DNA of 64,000 bases from Patescibacteria group bacterium (GTDB lineage Bacteria > Patescibacteriota > UBA1384 > CAJBMM01), in assembly GCA_041660565.1 (NCBI GenBank), contig JBAZWC010000002.1:20315-84314 (forward strand). The letters run 5' to 3'. Position numbers and translations under genes: made by a program. The first letter of the stretch is position 1, and each line of letters begins with the position of its first letter. The notes beneath the pieces were generated by a model, which made no database searches, was not told the DNA's origin, and worked only from the letters and a program-made list of their open reading frames with translations. Below are positions 46,348 through 56,890 of this stretch, one piece after another.

Positions 46348-47100
46348 CTAGTGGTGGTGGTGAATAATACTGGTGCTGGTGCCGTATAATTTTTTTATCG
46401 CGTCGTTATTGGTCATCTCTTTTGGTGATCCGTGATACACCAGCGTATGGTTAAGGCACATTATCACGTTTACCTCATTGGCAATCACATCGATATCGTG
46501 TGAAACAAAAATGATGGTTAGCCCAAGCTTTTTGTTAATATCGCACAAGTAAGTATAGAACATCTCTTGCGATTGGCTGTCGATGCCCACCGTGGGCTCA
46601 TCCAATATCAAAATTTTTGGCTCGCTAGCCAGCGCGCGGGCGATAAATACCCGCTGACGTTCGCCACCGGACAACGTGCTAACTTGGCGATTGGCCAGCT
46701 TCTCTACCCCCACCGCTTCCATCGCTTGATGTACCAAGTGCGCATCATTTCTTTTATAAGATGAAAGTAACCCCAAGCGTGCGGTGCGGCCACTCTGCAC
46801 AATTTCAGACACGGTGGCCACAAAACTGCTATCGGCCCCCGCCACGCGTTGAGGCACATAGCCAATTAGATAGCGTTGATTAAAATCATCAGCAGTTTTG
46901 CCAAACAATTTAATTTCACCTTTGTCGGGCTTAATTAAACCTAGTAAAATTTTTAGCAAGGTGGTTTTGCCACCCCCATTTGGACCAATTAACCCAACGT
47001 ATTCCCCGGCATGAATATCAAAACTAACTTTATCTAAAACAGTTTGGCCGTTATAGCTAAAATCTATATTTTTAAATTGAATTATTGCTGGCTGTGACAT
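46348..47100 (-). CDS. znuC: metal ABC transporter ATP-binding protein with a C-terminal His4 tail
   Basis: GPNGGGKTT Walker A, LSGGERQR signature, ILDEPT. Ends ...SIIHHHH. Confidence 0.8.
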   Translation of the reverse strand: MSQPAIIQFKNIDFSYNGQTVLDKVSFDIHAGEYVGLIGPNGGGKTTLLKILLGLIKPDKGEIKLFGKTADDFNQRYLIGYVPQRVAGADSSFVATVSEIVQSGRTARLGLLSSYKRNDAHLVHQAMEAVGVEKLANRQVSTLSGGERQRVFIARALASEPKILILDEPTVGIDSQSQEMFYTYLCDINKKLGLTIIFVSHDIDVIANEVNVIMCLNHTLVYHGSPKEMTNNDAIKKLYGTSTSIIHHHH

Positions 47101-47182
47101 TATGTGCTGAAACCTTCATTATGACGTTTATCCCAATTGGACTAATTGGCTAAATTGGGCCGATTGGAATCGAGGTTAATTT

Positions 47183-48073
47183 TTATTTACATCCTAGGGC
47201 GACCCGCAAGTTTGTTAAGTTATCTTGCATTATTGTAACATAGTCCTGGCCGGACTGCTCTTGATCTGTCGTTAAACCTTCAAGCGGATTAAGTACCAGT
47301 GTCTTTGCGCCGGTTGCACTGGCAATGGTCTCTGATAACTTTGGACTGGTTAAAGACTCAAAAAAGATGTATTCAATCTGTTTTTGCGTTACCAAATTTG
47401 AAATCTCGGCCATTTGTTGAGCACTCGGTTCAGAATCGGGCGAGATACCGGATATCGCAATCTGATTTAAATCGTATCGCTTGGCTAAGTAAGCAAAAGC
47501 ATCATGAGCGGTCACAAAATCGGTTATCTGACAGTTGTTTAATCCATTTTGATATTGTGTATTTAGACTGGTCAGTTTGGACTGCAAAATTAAGGCGTTT
47601 TGGTCGTAAATACTTGCATTTGCCCAGTCAATCTCAACCAACCGGTCTCGAATTAGAGATGCTTGCTGCTTAACCAAAACCGGGTCCAACCAAAAATGTG
47701 GATCATTCGGAACCGCAAGATTTACCTGATCCGACATTTTTAGCACCACTACATTTTCGGATTTTAGCTGCCCAGCTAATTTATCACCCCAAGACTCAAC
47801 TAAACCGTTATAAATGAATAGCTTAGATTGGTACATCTGCACAATATCCCCCGCTGAAGGTTCAAAATCGTGCGGTTCGGCCCCGGCTGGAGTGATATTT
47901 TTAACGTCAACTAAATCCCCGCCAATTTGCTTTGCCAAATAGGCATATGGGTAAAAACTAGCCGAAATGGTCAGTTTATTCTGATTTTTGGCGGGTTGAT
48001 TTGCAACCGCGTACGCAATCCAACCACCAGCAATGATTAGAACGGGCAAAATTGTGATTAGTAGTTTTTTCAT
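47183..48073 (-). CDS. znuA: metal ABC transporter substrate-binding protein (TroA/ZnuA cluster-9 family)
   Basis: Lipoprotein-like N-terminus and the two-lobed metal-binding protein architecture. Confidence 0.7.
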   Translation of the reverse strand: MKKLLITILPVLIIAGGWIAYAVANQPAKNQNKLTISASFYPYAYLAKQIGGDLVDVKNITPAGAEPHDFEPSAGDIVQMYQSKLFIYNGLVESWGDKLAGQLKSENVVVLKMSDQVNLAVPNDPHFWLDPVLVKQQASLIRDRLVEIDWANASIYDQNALILQSKLTSLNTQYQNGLNNCQITDFVTAHDAFAYLAKRYDLNQIAISGISPDSEPSAQQMAEISNLVTQKQIEYIFFESLTSPKLSETIASATGAKTLVLNPLEGLTTDQEQSGQDYVTIMQDNLTNLRVALGCK

Positions 48074-48176
48074 TTATCATTTATCCCAATTCGAATATAC
48101 CGTCATATATCAGTATATACAAATTAGTTGCAAAATGTGTTATTATTGCAAATAATTAGCAATAAAAGGATACTGA

Positions 48177-48566
48177 ATGACTAAACGTCAAACTCAAACA
48201 AAAATTGCGGTTAGCCAATATTTGGCCAACATCACTAAGCCGGTTACAATCAAAGATATTTATTCAGCCATAAAAATTAACAATCCAAGCGTGGCGTTCT
48301 CCACCGCTTATCGAATTATTCATCAAATGGAGCAACAAAAAGAAGTTATCAGAATTGATTGGCGCGAAAGAGGCAGTTATTATGAGCCTGCTCACCTAGA
48401 ACATCACCATCATATCGTTTGTAATAGTTGCGGATTGGTTATTGATGTTGATCACGCCACAATTAATCTGAACTTTCATCGAATAGAAAGTCTTACCCAT
48501 TTTATTATCTCAGAGCATTCAGTAGAGTTCCGCGGGTTGTGTGAGAAGTGCCGAGAGAAATCATAA
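48177..48566 (+). CDS. zur: Fur-family metalloregulator (Zur-like)
   Basis: HHHHIVCNSCG ... CEKC metal-binding motifs. Divergent from znuA. Confidence 0.75.
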   Translation: MTKRQTQTKIAVSQYLANITKPVTIKDIYSAIKINNPSVAFSTAYRIIHQMEQQKEVIRIDWRERGSYYEPAHLEHHHHIVCNSCGLVIDVDHATINLNFHRIESLTHFIISEHSVEFRGLCEKCREKS

Positions 48567-49976
48567 TTTTTCAACTTTTGGACCAGATTTTTCGTCCAAA
48601 ACGGAATAACCCAGCTTTGCAATCTGGCCGCGAAGCTCGTCTGACCTTGCCCAGTCTTTATCTGCCCGGGCTTTATCCCTTTGGCTAACCAGCGCCTCGA
48701 CATCGGCTGGAATCTGACCAACTTTATCAGCCAATAAATCTAAACCAAAAACTTGGTCAAACCGACTGATTAAATCAATCTTGTCTGATTTTGACAATGC
48801 CGCATCACCTACCGCCTCCCACAATACAGCCAACGCCACCGCCGTGTTCAAATCTTGATTCACTGCTGCGGCAAATCGGTCAAGATATTTGGTTTGGTTT
48901 TCCAAATTAGATGTTTTGCTGTCGTCTTTTTTTATTTCTGCAATTTGATTTTTGAGGCGAGCCAAACTGTTCTTTGCCCCATCCATCGCCGCAAACGAAA
49001 AGTTCATTTTGGTGCGATAATGTCCACCGAGCAAATAATAGCGATAATCTAGCGGATCGTAACCCTTGTCGATGATGCTTTGCAGACGCAAAAAATTATC
49101 GTCCGACTTTGCCATTTTTACACCGTCTTGTACCTGCAAAAAGTCGTTGTGCATCCAAACATTTACCCATTTGTGCCCAAACGCCCCTTCACTTTGAGCG
49201 ATTTCGTTGGTGTGATGAACCGCAATATGATCGACTCCACCGGTGTGAATGTCGATATGCTCGCCCAGATATTTGGTAGCCATGGCACTACATTCAATAT
49301 GCCAACCCGGGAAACCCTTCCCCCACGGCGAATCCCACATCATGGCGTGATCTAAATATTTATAGCGGGTAAACCACAGCACAAAATCGGCTGGATGTTT
49401 TTTATTCGGATCGATTTCTACTCGAGATTCGGTTTGCTCCGTAGCGACTTTTGATCCTGACAATAGCCCGTAATGGTCAAATTTTGAGGTGTCAAAATAA
49501 ACATTACCATCAGCGGTGTAAGTTAACTCTTTTTTTTCTAGTAAGTGAATTAGACTGATCATTTCTTTAATATGATCGGTTGCTTTTGGCATCACGGCGG
49601 GCGTTTCAATATTCAATAACTTCAAATCATCCAAAAACTGAGTGGTGTAAAACTTAGCCACTTCCCACACCGTTTTGCCCTCACGCTTGGCGCCTTTTTC
49701 CAGTTTGTCCTCGCCGCTATCGCTATCGCTAGACAGATGACCAACATCGGTAATGTTCATAACCTGCTTGACCCTTAGTCCGTTAAATTCGAGCATACGC
49801 CTAAGCGTGTCGGCAAAAACATACGCGCGTAAATTACCAATATGAGCATAATGGTAAACGGTCGGACCACAAACGTACATTTTAACCTCGCCATGTTTAA
49901 TCGGCTCAAAGATTTCTTTCTGCCGCGCGAGGGTGTTATACAAATAAATTTGAGGATTTTTAATCGCAAACTCCAC
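48561..49976 (-). CDS. cysS: cysteine--tRNA ligase
   Basis: HIGNLRAY (HIGH) and KMAKS (KMSKS) class I motifs, plus YVCGPTVY and the cysteine-specific Zn ligand region. Confidence 0.9.
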   Translation of the reverse strand: MEFAIKNPQIYLYNTLARQKEIFEPIKHGEVKMYVCGPTVYHYAHIGNLRAYVFADTLRRMLEFNGLRVKQVMNITDVGHLSSDSDSGEDKLEKGAKREGKTVWEVAKFYTTQFLDDLKLLNIETPAVMPKATDHIKEMISLIHLLEKKELTYTADGNVYFDTSKFDHYGLLSGSKVATEQTESRVEIDPNKKHPADFVLWFTRYKYLDHAMMWDSPWGKGFPGWHIECSAMATKYLGEHIDIHTGGVDHIAVHHTNEIAQSEGAFGHKWVNVWMHNDFLQVQDGVKMAKSDDNFLRLQSIIDKGYDPLDYRYYLLGGHYRTKMNFSFAAMDGAKNSLARLKNQIAEIKKDDSKTSNLENQTKYLDRFAAAVNQDLNTAVALAVLWEAVGDAALSKSDKIDLISRFDQVFGLDLLADKVGQIPADVEALVSQRDKARADKDWARSDELRGQIAKLGYSVLDEKSGPKVEKL

Positions 49977-50021
49977 TCTTAAAATACCTCAATTTCGAGT
50001 AAATAGCAAAGCTTCGGCGCC

Positions 50022-50165
50022 TGTCATTCCCGCGAAGGCGGGAATCCAGTCTATAAAAAATCTCCCACAATTTCAAATTTCAAATTCATTATTAAGATTT
50101 CTCCACCCTCGAGACAACGCTCGAGGCTCTACCCGTAGGCGACGCCCGGAGGGAGTCGAAATGAC
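50022..50165. mobile_element. MITE-like element, family A variant (TGTCATTCCCGCGAAGGCGGGAATCC ... GGGAGTCGAAATGACA)
   Basis: The left arm equals the reverse complement of 31738-31766. Contains a TTTCAAA heptamer tract and AGATTTCTCCACCCTCGAG. Confidence 0.6.
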
Positions 50166-50180
50166 AGCCGCTGGAACTAA

Positions 50181-50360
50181 TCACTCGCCAAACGTTGCTT
50201 TGCCTAATTTGTATCCGGCCCAAATGCCCAGCAAACCGCCGATTCCGTTGCCAACAACCGACCAAGTTGATAGCCAACTGGCGCCAAAAATAGTGGGGAT
50301 ATATCCTCCCAGAGTTGAACCTATCAAAACCCCAATCCAGATAAATGTTTTAGTTGTCAT
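50181..50360 (-). CDS. GlsB/YeaQ/YmgE-family (transglycosylase-associated) small membrane protein, 59 aa; not in the ORF track
   Basis: Translation MTTKTFIWIGVLIGSTLGGYIPTIFGASWLSTWSVVGNGIGGLLGIWAGYKLGKATFGE has the Gly-rich two-helix pattern of the family. No obvious SD. Confidence 0.4.
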   Translation of the reverse strand: MTTKTFIWIGVLIGSTLGGYIPTIFGASWLSTWSVVGNGIGGLLGIWAGYKLGKATFGE

Positions 50361-50402
50361 ACCACTAGTCTATCACAAACTATATCGCCACCACAGCAAT
50401 CA

Positions 50403-51071
50403 TTAGTCCACCAACTTCCCGTCCTGTAGTTTGAAAGTAATCGCGGCTTTGTCGGCGATGCCTTTATCGTGCGTGACGGCAATGATGGTAGTGCCCTCTG
50501 TTTCGGCCAGTTTTTTAAGTAGCTCGATAATGACGTGTCCGGTGGCACTATCCAGATTTCCGGTTGGCTCATCTGCTAAAATTAAGTTTGGTTTATTGGC
50601 CAATGCACGAGCGATTGCCACTCTTTGCTGCTCTCCACCCGATAACCTAGTAGGACGGCGATTAAACTTATCGTCGGTTAATCCAACCGACTTTAACAGC
50701 TTTTCTGCCCGTGTTAATCGATCTTTATATTTCACCCCGGCAAACTCCATTGGCAACATTACGTTATCGATTGCAGTCAAGTTAGGTACTAAGTTGTAGC
50801 CTTGAAACACAAAGCCAATTTTGTCGCGACGATATTTAATCAACCTACGGTCACCCATTTTGGTCACGTCTTGGTCATCAACCACTACCTCACCCGAGCT
50901 TGGGCGATCCAAAGCACCAATCAGCGAGAGCAAGGTACTTTTTCCGCTGCCGCTTTTGCCAATAATCGAGGCAAATACACCATTGGGCACTTCTAGTGTT
51001 ACATCATTAACCGCCGTAACAACGCTATCACCAGACTGAAACTTTTTGGAAATTTTTTTAACTGAAAGCAT
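50403..51071 (-). CDS. ABC transporter ATP-binding protein, MacB/LolD/FtsE type
   Basis: GKSGSGKST, LSGGEQQRVAIARAL and ILADEPTGNLD. Confidence 0.85.
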   Translation of the reverse strand: MLSVKKISKKFQSGDSVVTAVNDVTLEVPNGVFASIIGKSGSGKSTLLSLIGALDRPSSGEVVVDDQDVTKMGDRRLIKYRRDKIGFVFQGYNLVPNLTAIDNVMLPMEFAGVKYKDRLTRAEKLLKSVGLTDDKFNRRPTRLSGGEQQRVAIARALANKPNLILADEPTGNLDSATGHVIIELLKKLAETEGTTIIAVTHDKGIADKAAITFKLQDGKLVD

Positions 51072-51082
51072 AATTGTCCTTT

Positions 51083-52438
51083 CTATTCAGATCTTAATAC
51101 TTCGGCCGGGCGTACTTTAGAGATAAGATATGCCGGAATGGCGCTTCCAATAATTGCTATGAGGATGGCCGCCAAAAATCCGTAAAGTAAAATATCATAT
51201 CCCACATTGGCATTTAAGTTACGAAGCGCATCGCCGGTTTCGGATCCAATCCGAGCAAAAACCCGGCCAGCACCGCCGCCAAACCCACCCGGTCCACCGC
51301 TGGTAGAGGTGGAACTACTTGAATTATTAACTAATACATTTAGTACCGGGTTGGATAAAAGTAACCCCAACACCACTCCAACCGCCCCACTAATTAACGT
51401 TAAAATAAGTGATTCCGAAACAAACTGAGTGACAATAATGGCGTTTGATGCCCCGATTGCCTTAAGCACCCCAATTTCGCGGCGACGTTCGCGCACAATC
51501 ATTACCATGGTTAGAAAGATGATGACTGCCCCTGCCGCTAATGAACCAATTAAACTGTATAAAGAAATAGTTTTGATATTTTGAAGTGGTGTAACAGCGT
51601 TGCTTGAACTATCTTGTTGCGAAACCACATCAACCGCGCTACCCAGCTTGGTTTTAATGTTAGTTTCAACACTTGAGACCTGATCAATTGAGCTAGCTTC
51701 TACGATCACTTGAGAAATCTGCCCGCTTTGGCCAGAGAGATTTTGCAATGCGGCAATTGGCATTACTAAGCCAGAGTTGGAAAAGGTGTTGCCGCCATCA
51801 AATATTCCAACCACTTTCACGTCTTTCCCGTACGCCTGAAAAGTAGAGCCAACCGACAAATTATTTTTAGTGGCCAAATCTTTGCCTACCATTGCCACGT
51901 TGTCCGATGTGTTAGCATCAAACTTTTCACCGCTAGTTACATCAAACGAGCTTACCCCAAGTGCGGCCGTAACCGATAAATCATTTACACCAGTGACCGT
52001 AACGGGCAGGGTAAAGTTTACCGGTGGCGTTGCGGCGGAAGTGCCGCTACCGGGATCGCCACCAAAATCGATATTACGTTGGCGGTTGCCAAACGACCCC
52101 GGATTGATAGCCGATGTTAAACTGGTATTAGTACCGTTAGTTAAACGATCTTCTGTAACTTTTACAGTTTTGGTTACGTTGGCAATTTTTGTAATATCAG
52201 ACACATTCGCGTCGGTTAATAATGTGCCACCACCTTCGAATCCGCGAATACCTGCCGGAGAAACGGTGATGTAGTTTCCAATAGAGCTTTTGACGTTATC
52301 GATTTTTTGTTGCACCGTTTGCATTGAAATCAACATCACCAGCGACATTCCTAAACTAATTGCTAATATTATTACCACCGACAACGTCCGCACATTATTA
52401 CGAAAGGCATTTTTAATTCCGCGCCGTACTGCACCCAT
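51083..52438 (-). CDS. FtsX/MacB-like ABC transporter permease with a large low-complexity extracytoplasmic domain
   Basis: N-terminal TM helix, a ~250 aa periplasmic domain, and a C-terminal FtsX TM bundle. Confidence 0.7.
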   Translation of the reverse strand: MGAVRRGIKNAFRNNVRTLSVVIILAISLGMSLVMLISMQTVQQKIDNVKSSIGNYITVSPAGIRGFEGGGTLLTDANVSDITKIANVTKTVKVTEDRLTNGTNTSLTSAINPGSFGNRQRNIDFGGDPGSGTSAATPPVNFTLPVTVTGVNDLSVTAALGVSSFDVTSGEKFDANTSDNVAMVGKDLATKNNLSVGSTFQAYGKDVKVVGIFDGGNTFSNSGLVMPIAALQNLSGQSGQISQVIVEASSIDQVSSVETNIKTKLGSAVDVVSQQDSSSNAVTPLQNIKTISLYSLIGSLAAGAVIIFLTMVMIVRERRREIGVLKAIGASNAIIVTQFVSESLILTLISGAVGVVLGLLLSNPVLNVLVNNSSSSTSTSGGPGGFGGGAGRVFARIGSETGDALRNLNANVGYDILLYGFLAAILIAIIGSAIPAYLISKVRPAEVLRSE

Positions 52439-52462
52439 ATATTACACTCCTATTTTTTTGAC

Positions 52463-52936
52463 TTATCTAATAGTTATACTCGTGGCCGTAATATTACCCG
52501 AGCTATCCGAAGTACCAAAAACTTGAACAAAATTACCAACAATAACATCGGACTGTTTGGCTACCGCCCCATTTTTGGAATACGATGTTGAGCTAGAGAC
52601 ATTTACCAAGTAAGCTGTTCCATCAAACGCGGTTACTGAAAAAGTATTGCCGTTAATTTTTGCGATATCGCCAGACAAAACCAACTGGCTTTCGTCCTGG
52701 CGATACATATGGCCGCGAGCAGCGAATCCATCGCGCATCCCGTTGCCCATCATCATTCTAGACGTGCCAAATTTAGCCATCTTACTTTGACGATGCCAGC
52801 TTCCCATTCGTCCCAATCCGAACCCGACTCCACCGATAACCACCAAAACTATCAGAATCAAAGCCATTTTCAACGCGTGAGGGTAATGATAACGAGTTTT
52901 TTCAACTATCTCGCTACTTTTTTCTTCTTTTCCCAT
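52463..52936 (-). CDS. membrane-anchored DUF5666-like protein (frequent MacB-system accessory)
   Basis: Single TM helix followed by beta-rich repeats (INGNTFSVTAFDGTAYLV ... VGNFVQVFGT). Confidence 0.4.
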   Translation of the reverse strand: MGKEEKSSEIVEKTRYHYPHALKMALILIVLVVIGGVGFGLGRMGSWHRQSKMAKFGTSRMMMGNGMRDGFAARGHMYRQDESQLVLSGDIAKINGNTFSVTAFDGTAYLVNVSSSTSYSKNGAVAKQSDVIVGNFVQVFGTSDSSGNITATSITIR

Positions 52937-53105
52937 TGTTATTCCTTTCTTAATATTACAGAGTTCATATTAAGATCGGAGGCTGAAATTATGCTTAACA
53001 ATACTAATATTGTGTCAACAGTAGTTCTCGCTTCGCTCGAACAAGAAAAGGTTGTTCTTGTTCGAGAAGTCGCGCGACGAGAACTATCCCCCATTATTTA
53101 GTGCA

Positions 53106-54119
53106 TTATTCTATCGGCAAGGTTACCGTAAACGTTGATCCTTCGCCAATTACACTACTTGCCGTGATTTCCCCATCGTGCAAATCGACAATATTTTTAG
53201 CAATAGATAAACCTAAACCATACCCATCAATTTTGGTTTTAGCCCGTGAGTTGTCTGATCGAAAAAAGCGGTTGAAAATCAACGGTAAATCAGATTGTTT
53301 AATACCATAACCCTGATCTTTTACTGCCACGTTGGCGGTTTTTTCGTCTTGGCTGATATTAATCGAAATAGTCGATTTTTCGGGGCTATATTTGATAGCG
53401 TTATCCAACAAAATCACGAACAGCTCCACCAAGCTGGCTTTATCTCCAAGCACCGCAACATCGACAAATTCATTATTAAATTCGATTTGTTTTTTATCAG
53501 CCAAATGCTGTACTTTTTCATACGCTTCGGTTACGGCGTTGGTTAGCTCAACTTTTTTGAACTCAGTTTTAACCTGTTCTTGATATTTAGCCAGACGCAA
53601 CAGCGCGCTAGATAAAGATTCTAGTTTGCTAATTTCGTCCAAATTACTAGCCATCAACTGTTTTGCCTCGGCTAGTTTTAATTTCGGATCGCGTAAGGTC
53701 ACCTCAATCTCGCTACGCATCGCGGTTAGCGGAGTGCGGAGCTCGTGCGAAGCGTCTGCAGTGAATCTATTTTGCGATTCCACCATATCTTCTATCGGCT
53801 GCAAAGTCTTTTTCGCGAACAAATAACTTGAAAGGGTGGATAGCAATAGAATTAGCAGATTAAAATAGAATAAATTCCCCTTTAACCGATTTGCGCTATC
53901 GGTTACTTGCGACTCTCGATTTTGCTCCAATTGCTTCATACGCGCCGGAAGTAATTCATCCGGAAAGTTAGAAAAAAACTGAGTCTGACGATTTAATCCT
54001 CGATTAATTTCAGCGGACGATATCTTATATACCGTCACCGAAAAAGCAACACTAATAAACATTACAATTAGCACGTAAAATAAGGTTAGACGTAAATAAG
54101 CGGATTTAAATGTAATCAT
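53106..54119 (-). CDS. sensor histidine kinase (HisKA + HATPase_c), 2 TM
   Basis: H-box ASHELRTPLTAM and G2 box GYGLGLSIAKNIVDLHDG. Confidence 0.85.
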   Translation of the reverse strand: MITFKSAYLRLTLFYVLIVMFISVAFSVTVYKISSAEINRGLNRQTQFFSNFPDELLPARMKQLEQNRESQVTDSANRLKGNLFYFNLLILLLSTLSSYLFAKKTLQPIEDMVESQNRFTADASHELRTPLTAMRSEIEVTLRDPKLKLAEAKQLMASNLDEISKLESLSSALLRLAKYQEQVKTEFKKVELTNAVTEAYEKVQHLADKKQIEFNNEFVDVAVLGDKASLVELFVILLDNAIKYSPEKSTISINISQDEKTANVAVKDQGYGIKQSDLPLIFNRFFRSDNSRAKTKIDGYGLGLSIAKNIVDLHDGEITASSVIGEGSTFTVTLPIE

Positions 54120-54175
54120 AATTGGCCAATTTTTAATTATTAATTTTTAATTTAAAATTCTTTTATATTGTTTAT

Positions 54176-54290
54176 TGTCATTCCGACCACGTAGACCTCC
54201 GACTCTACAAGCCGATATGCCTAGAGAGAGAATTCTAAGAAATAAACCCCCTCCATCATTTCAAATTGTAAATTTCAAATTTCAAATTGC
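54176..54290. repeat. family A-related element fragment (TGTCATTCCGACC...) with a TTTCAAA heptamer tract
   Basis: Shares the left-terminal motif and the heptamer tract. Right end unclear. Confidence 0.4.
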
Positions 54291-54291
54291 T

Positions 54292-54963
54292 TTACCCTAT
54301 TCTATACCCAAACCCACGCACCGTGTTAATTAATGCTGGTTTTTTGGCAAACGGCTTATCGATTTTATTTCGCAAATATCCAATAAACACTTCCACAGTA
54401 TTCGGCAAAATGTCGGCATCATAATCCCAAACATGATCAATAATATTGTTTTTAGTCTGAATTCGGCCAGCGTTTCGCATTAGAAACTCCAATAGAGCAA
54501 ACTCTTTATTCGATAATTCAATATTTTTCCCATCGCGCGTTACCGTAAAATTAACCGTATCTAACGCTAAATCTTGCACCTCTAGCACGTTTTGCTTAAT
54601 GTCTGCGGGGCGTCGCATTAGTGCACGGGCGCGAGCTAGCAGCTCTTCGAACGCAAACGGTTTGACTAAATAGTCATCTGCGCCAGCGTTTAAGCCTTCA
54701 ACTCTATCTTGAACCCGATCTTTAGCGGTTAACATGATTATTGGTGTTTTTTTCTTTTCTTCACGCATTGCCATGCAGATTTTTATCCCATCTACTTCGG
54801 GCAACATTCGATCTAATACAATTAGATCGTAACTGATGGTCATGGCAGACCCCAGACCATCTTTACCATCGTAGGCAACATCCACCGCGTACGATTCCTG
54901 CTCCAAACCTTTTTTGATTGCGCCAGCGATTTTATAGTCATCCTCAATCACTAAAATTCTCAT
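54292..54963 (-). CDS. OmpR/PhoB-family response regulator
   Basis: MRILVIEDD receiver with Asp in VLDRMLP, and a winged-helix C-terminus (RGFGYRI). Confidence 0.9.
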   Translation of the reverse strand: MRILVIEDDYKIAGAIKKGLEQESYAVDVAYDGKDGLGSAMTISYDLIVLDRMLPEVDGIKICMAMREEKKKTPIIMLTAKDRVQDRVEGLNAGADDYLVKPFAFEELLARARALMRRPADIKQNVLEVQDLALDTVNFTVTRDGKNIELSNKEFALLEFLMRNAGRIQTKNNIIDHVWDYDADILPNTVEVFIGYLRNKIDKPFAKKPALINTVRGFGYRIG

Positions 54964-55088
54964 ATCTACCTCGTATTATTTATTGCATGTCTATCATACT
55001 CCAAATAATCTTAATTTCTACTGAGAAAAAAGCTAGTCGTTCTTAAACTGTACGAATAGCTAAATTATAAAAGATAACCGCTTTCTAG

Positions 55089-56090
55089 CTATTCCTCTGA
55101 TTTGAGTTCTAAACGGCTAAAGACGTAAAAACCGGGGAAAAATGGCAGCCAATATAGCAACCCGCGAAACGCCAACGTAATAACCGCCGCCACCGAAAAA
55201 TCGAGCCCAAACGAGGTTAGAGTAGAGATCATCGCCGTTTCTGCTACCCCAACACCTTGAGGGGTAATGGACACCACCGTAAACAGCAAACACGCCACAT
55301 AACCAGCCAAAATAGCCAAAATATTAAATGTATTAGCAAAAGCGATAAAGATTATGGCAAATGTGACTAAGTTTAGTAAATGCGTACAAATAGCCAAACG
55401 CAAGCTGGGCCAAACCATCTCCAGATTAGTCCGTAAATCGGCACCGGTTTCTTGAATGATTTGATGAACGTGGCTAATGTTAACATTCTTTTGCCCGGCA
55501 AATTTGGCCACTACTTTAATCATCAACAAAAATAATTTATTAAGCGGTTTCTGCTGAATTGCCACCCGAACAATAAATAACAGCGCCAGCAACAGCAGAA
55601 ACACTAATATCAGCAAGGTGTAGATCATATACAGCGGCGGGTGGTCAAAAATCGATAATGTCACCATCACCGCCGATGCCAATATGGCAAAAGCAACCAA
55701 CTCAAATAAAAGCACAAACGAAATCCCAATACCCACATTAAGTGGTTCGTTACCATTGCGTTTGCCGTTACGCACAAAAATCGCCACCTGCCCCAAGGTA
55801 GCAACCGGTAAAGCGACATCAGTAAATTTGGATGCAAGATAGATAGGCAAAATTTGTTTACGTAACAATTTGACCTTAAAAATCTTAAAAACGCCCTCCA
55901 CAAAATAGGCGTAAAAAGGATAGTAAAATAGTTGAATAATCACCGCCATCAATACCCAATACCACTGACCCTGGGCTAAAACGGTCAAAATATGTTTAGT
56001 TTGAGCGAAATACGAAACCGCAATCCATAGAAAAACGATCATCAAAAAAAAGAAAATTAACTTACCCGAAAAGATCTTGCGTCGTTTCAT
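55089..56090 (-). CDS. UPF0104 / lysylphosphatidylglycerol-synthase-TM-like flippase-type membrane protein
   Basis: About 8 TM helices with the C-terminal ITPQGVGVAETAM motif. Confidence 0.55.
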   Translation of the reverse strand: MKRRKIFSGKLIFFFLMIVFLWIAVSYFAQTKHILTVLAQGQWYWVLMAVIIQLFYYPFYAYFVEGVFKIFKVKLLRKQILPIYLASKFTDVALPVATLGQVAIFVRNGKRNGNEPLNVGIGISFVLLFELVAFAILASAVMVTLSIFDHPPLYMIYTLLILVFLLLLALLFIVRVAIQQKPLNKLFLLMIKVVAKFAGQKNVNISHVHQIIQETGADLRTNLEMVWPSLRLAICTHLLNLVTFAIIFIAFANTFNILAILAGYVACLLFTVVSITPQGVGVAETAMISTLTSFGLDFSVAAVITLAFRGLLYWLPFFPGFYVFSRLELKSEE

Positions 56091-56103
56091 ATTTTATTTT
56101 TGA

Positions 56104-56301
56104 TTATTCTTTTTTGTCGTCAGATTCAGACTCAACCCGTCGCCACATCTGGTTATACCAGCGTTTCGGGCGCATCAAAATCCACAAACCGCAAGCAATG
56201 AACAACAACGGCCAAATTAACTGCGCTAAACTAGCGGTAATAATCCCTAAGTTGGACAATAGCCAGATAATTCCGACGATCACCAAAATCATTCCAAACA
56301 T
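56104..56301 (-). CDS. small 2-TM membrane protein, hypothetical
   Basis: 65 aa, two hydrophobic helices, charged tail. Confidence 0.4.
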   Translation of the reverse strand: MFGMILVIVGIIWLLSNLGIITASLAQLIWPLLFIACGLWILMRPKRWYNQMWRRVESESDDKKE

Positions 56302-56405
56302 TTTATCTCCTTTGTTTATTCATTATACACGAATGAAATCGGCAATGAAAATGATTGTTTCAAAAAATTTGGTGTATAATCAAGCTGTAATAAGAAAGGA
56401 ACTAT

Positions 56406-56801
56406 ATGAAAGGATACCACGCTAATATAGAGGAATTAACCCGAGCAAACGCCACATTTCGAACCGTTTTGTACACCTCGAAAGGTTTACAGTTGGTAGT
56501 GATGAGTCTGAAGCCAAGCGAAGAAATTGGGATGGAAGTGCATGATGTCGATCAATTTTTTCGTTTTGAAGTTGGCAGCGGCAAAGTAGTGATAGATCAA
56601 AATGAGTACAGCGTAGGTGATGGCGATGTTATTGTAGTACCTGCCGGAGCGCAACATAATGTGATTAATTTGTCAGCCGAAGCAGAGCTAAAGTTGTACA
56701 CGCTTTACTGCCCGCCACACCACACCGATGGCACGGTGCATCAAACCAAAGCAGACGGCGAAGCAGATTCCGAACATTTCGACGGCAAAACTACTGAGTA
56801 G
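56406..56801 (+). CDS. cupin-domain protein
   Basis: G(X)5HXH...E...G / PAGAQHNVIN two-motif cupin pattern. Confidence 0.6.
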   Translation: MKGYHANIEELTRANATFRTVLYTSKGLQLVVMSLKPSEEIGMEVHDVDQFFRFEVGSGKVVIDQNEYSVGDGDVIVVPAGAQHNVINLSAEAELKLYTLYCPPHHTDGTVHQTKADGEADSEHFDGKTTE

Positions 56802-56811
56802 AGTTCGTTGT

Positions 56812-56845
56812 TGTCATTCCGAACTAGATCCGGAATCTATACGCA
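56812..56845. repeat. CCGGAATGACA-family hairpin (TGTCATTCCGAACTAGATCCGGAATCTATA)
   Basis: Seen in sequence. Confidence 0.5.
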
Positions 56846-56851
56846 TAAGAA

Positions 56852-56880
56852 TAGGGGCGGGACATCGCTGTCCCGCCCCT
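56852..56880 (-). terminator. terminator hairpin AGGGGCGGGACAGCGATGTCCCGCCCCT (family C-like GC clamp) + T-rich tail on the minus strand
   Basis: 10 nt downstream of the stop of 56891..57370. Confidence 0.5.
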
Positions 56881-56890
56881 TGCGGTAAAC

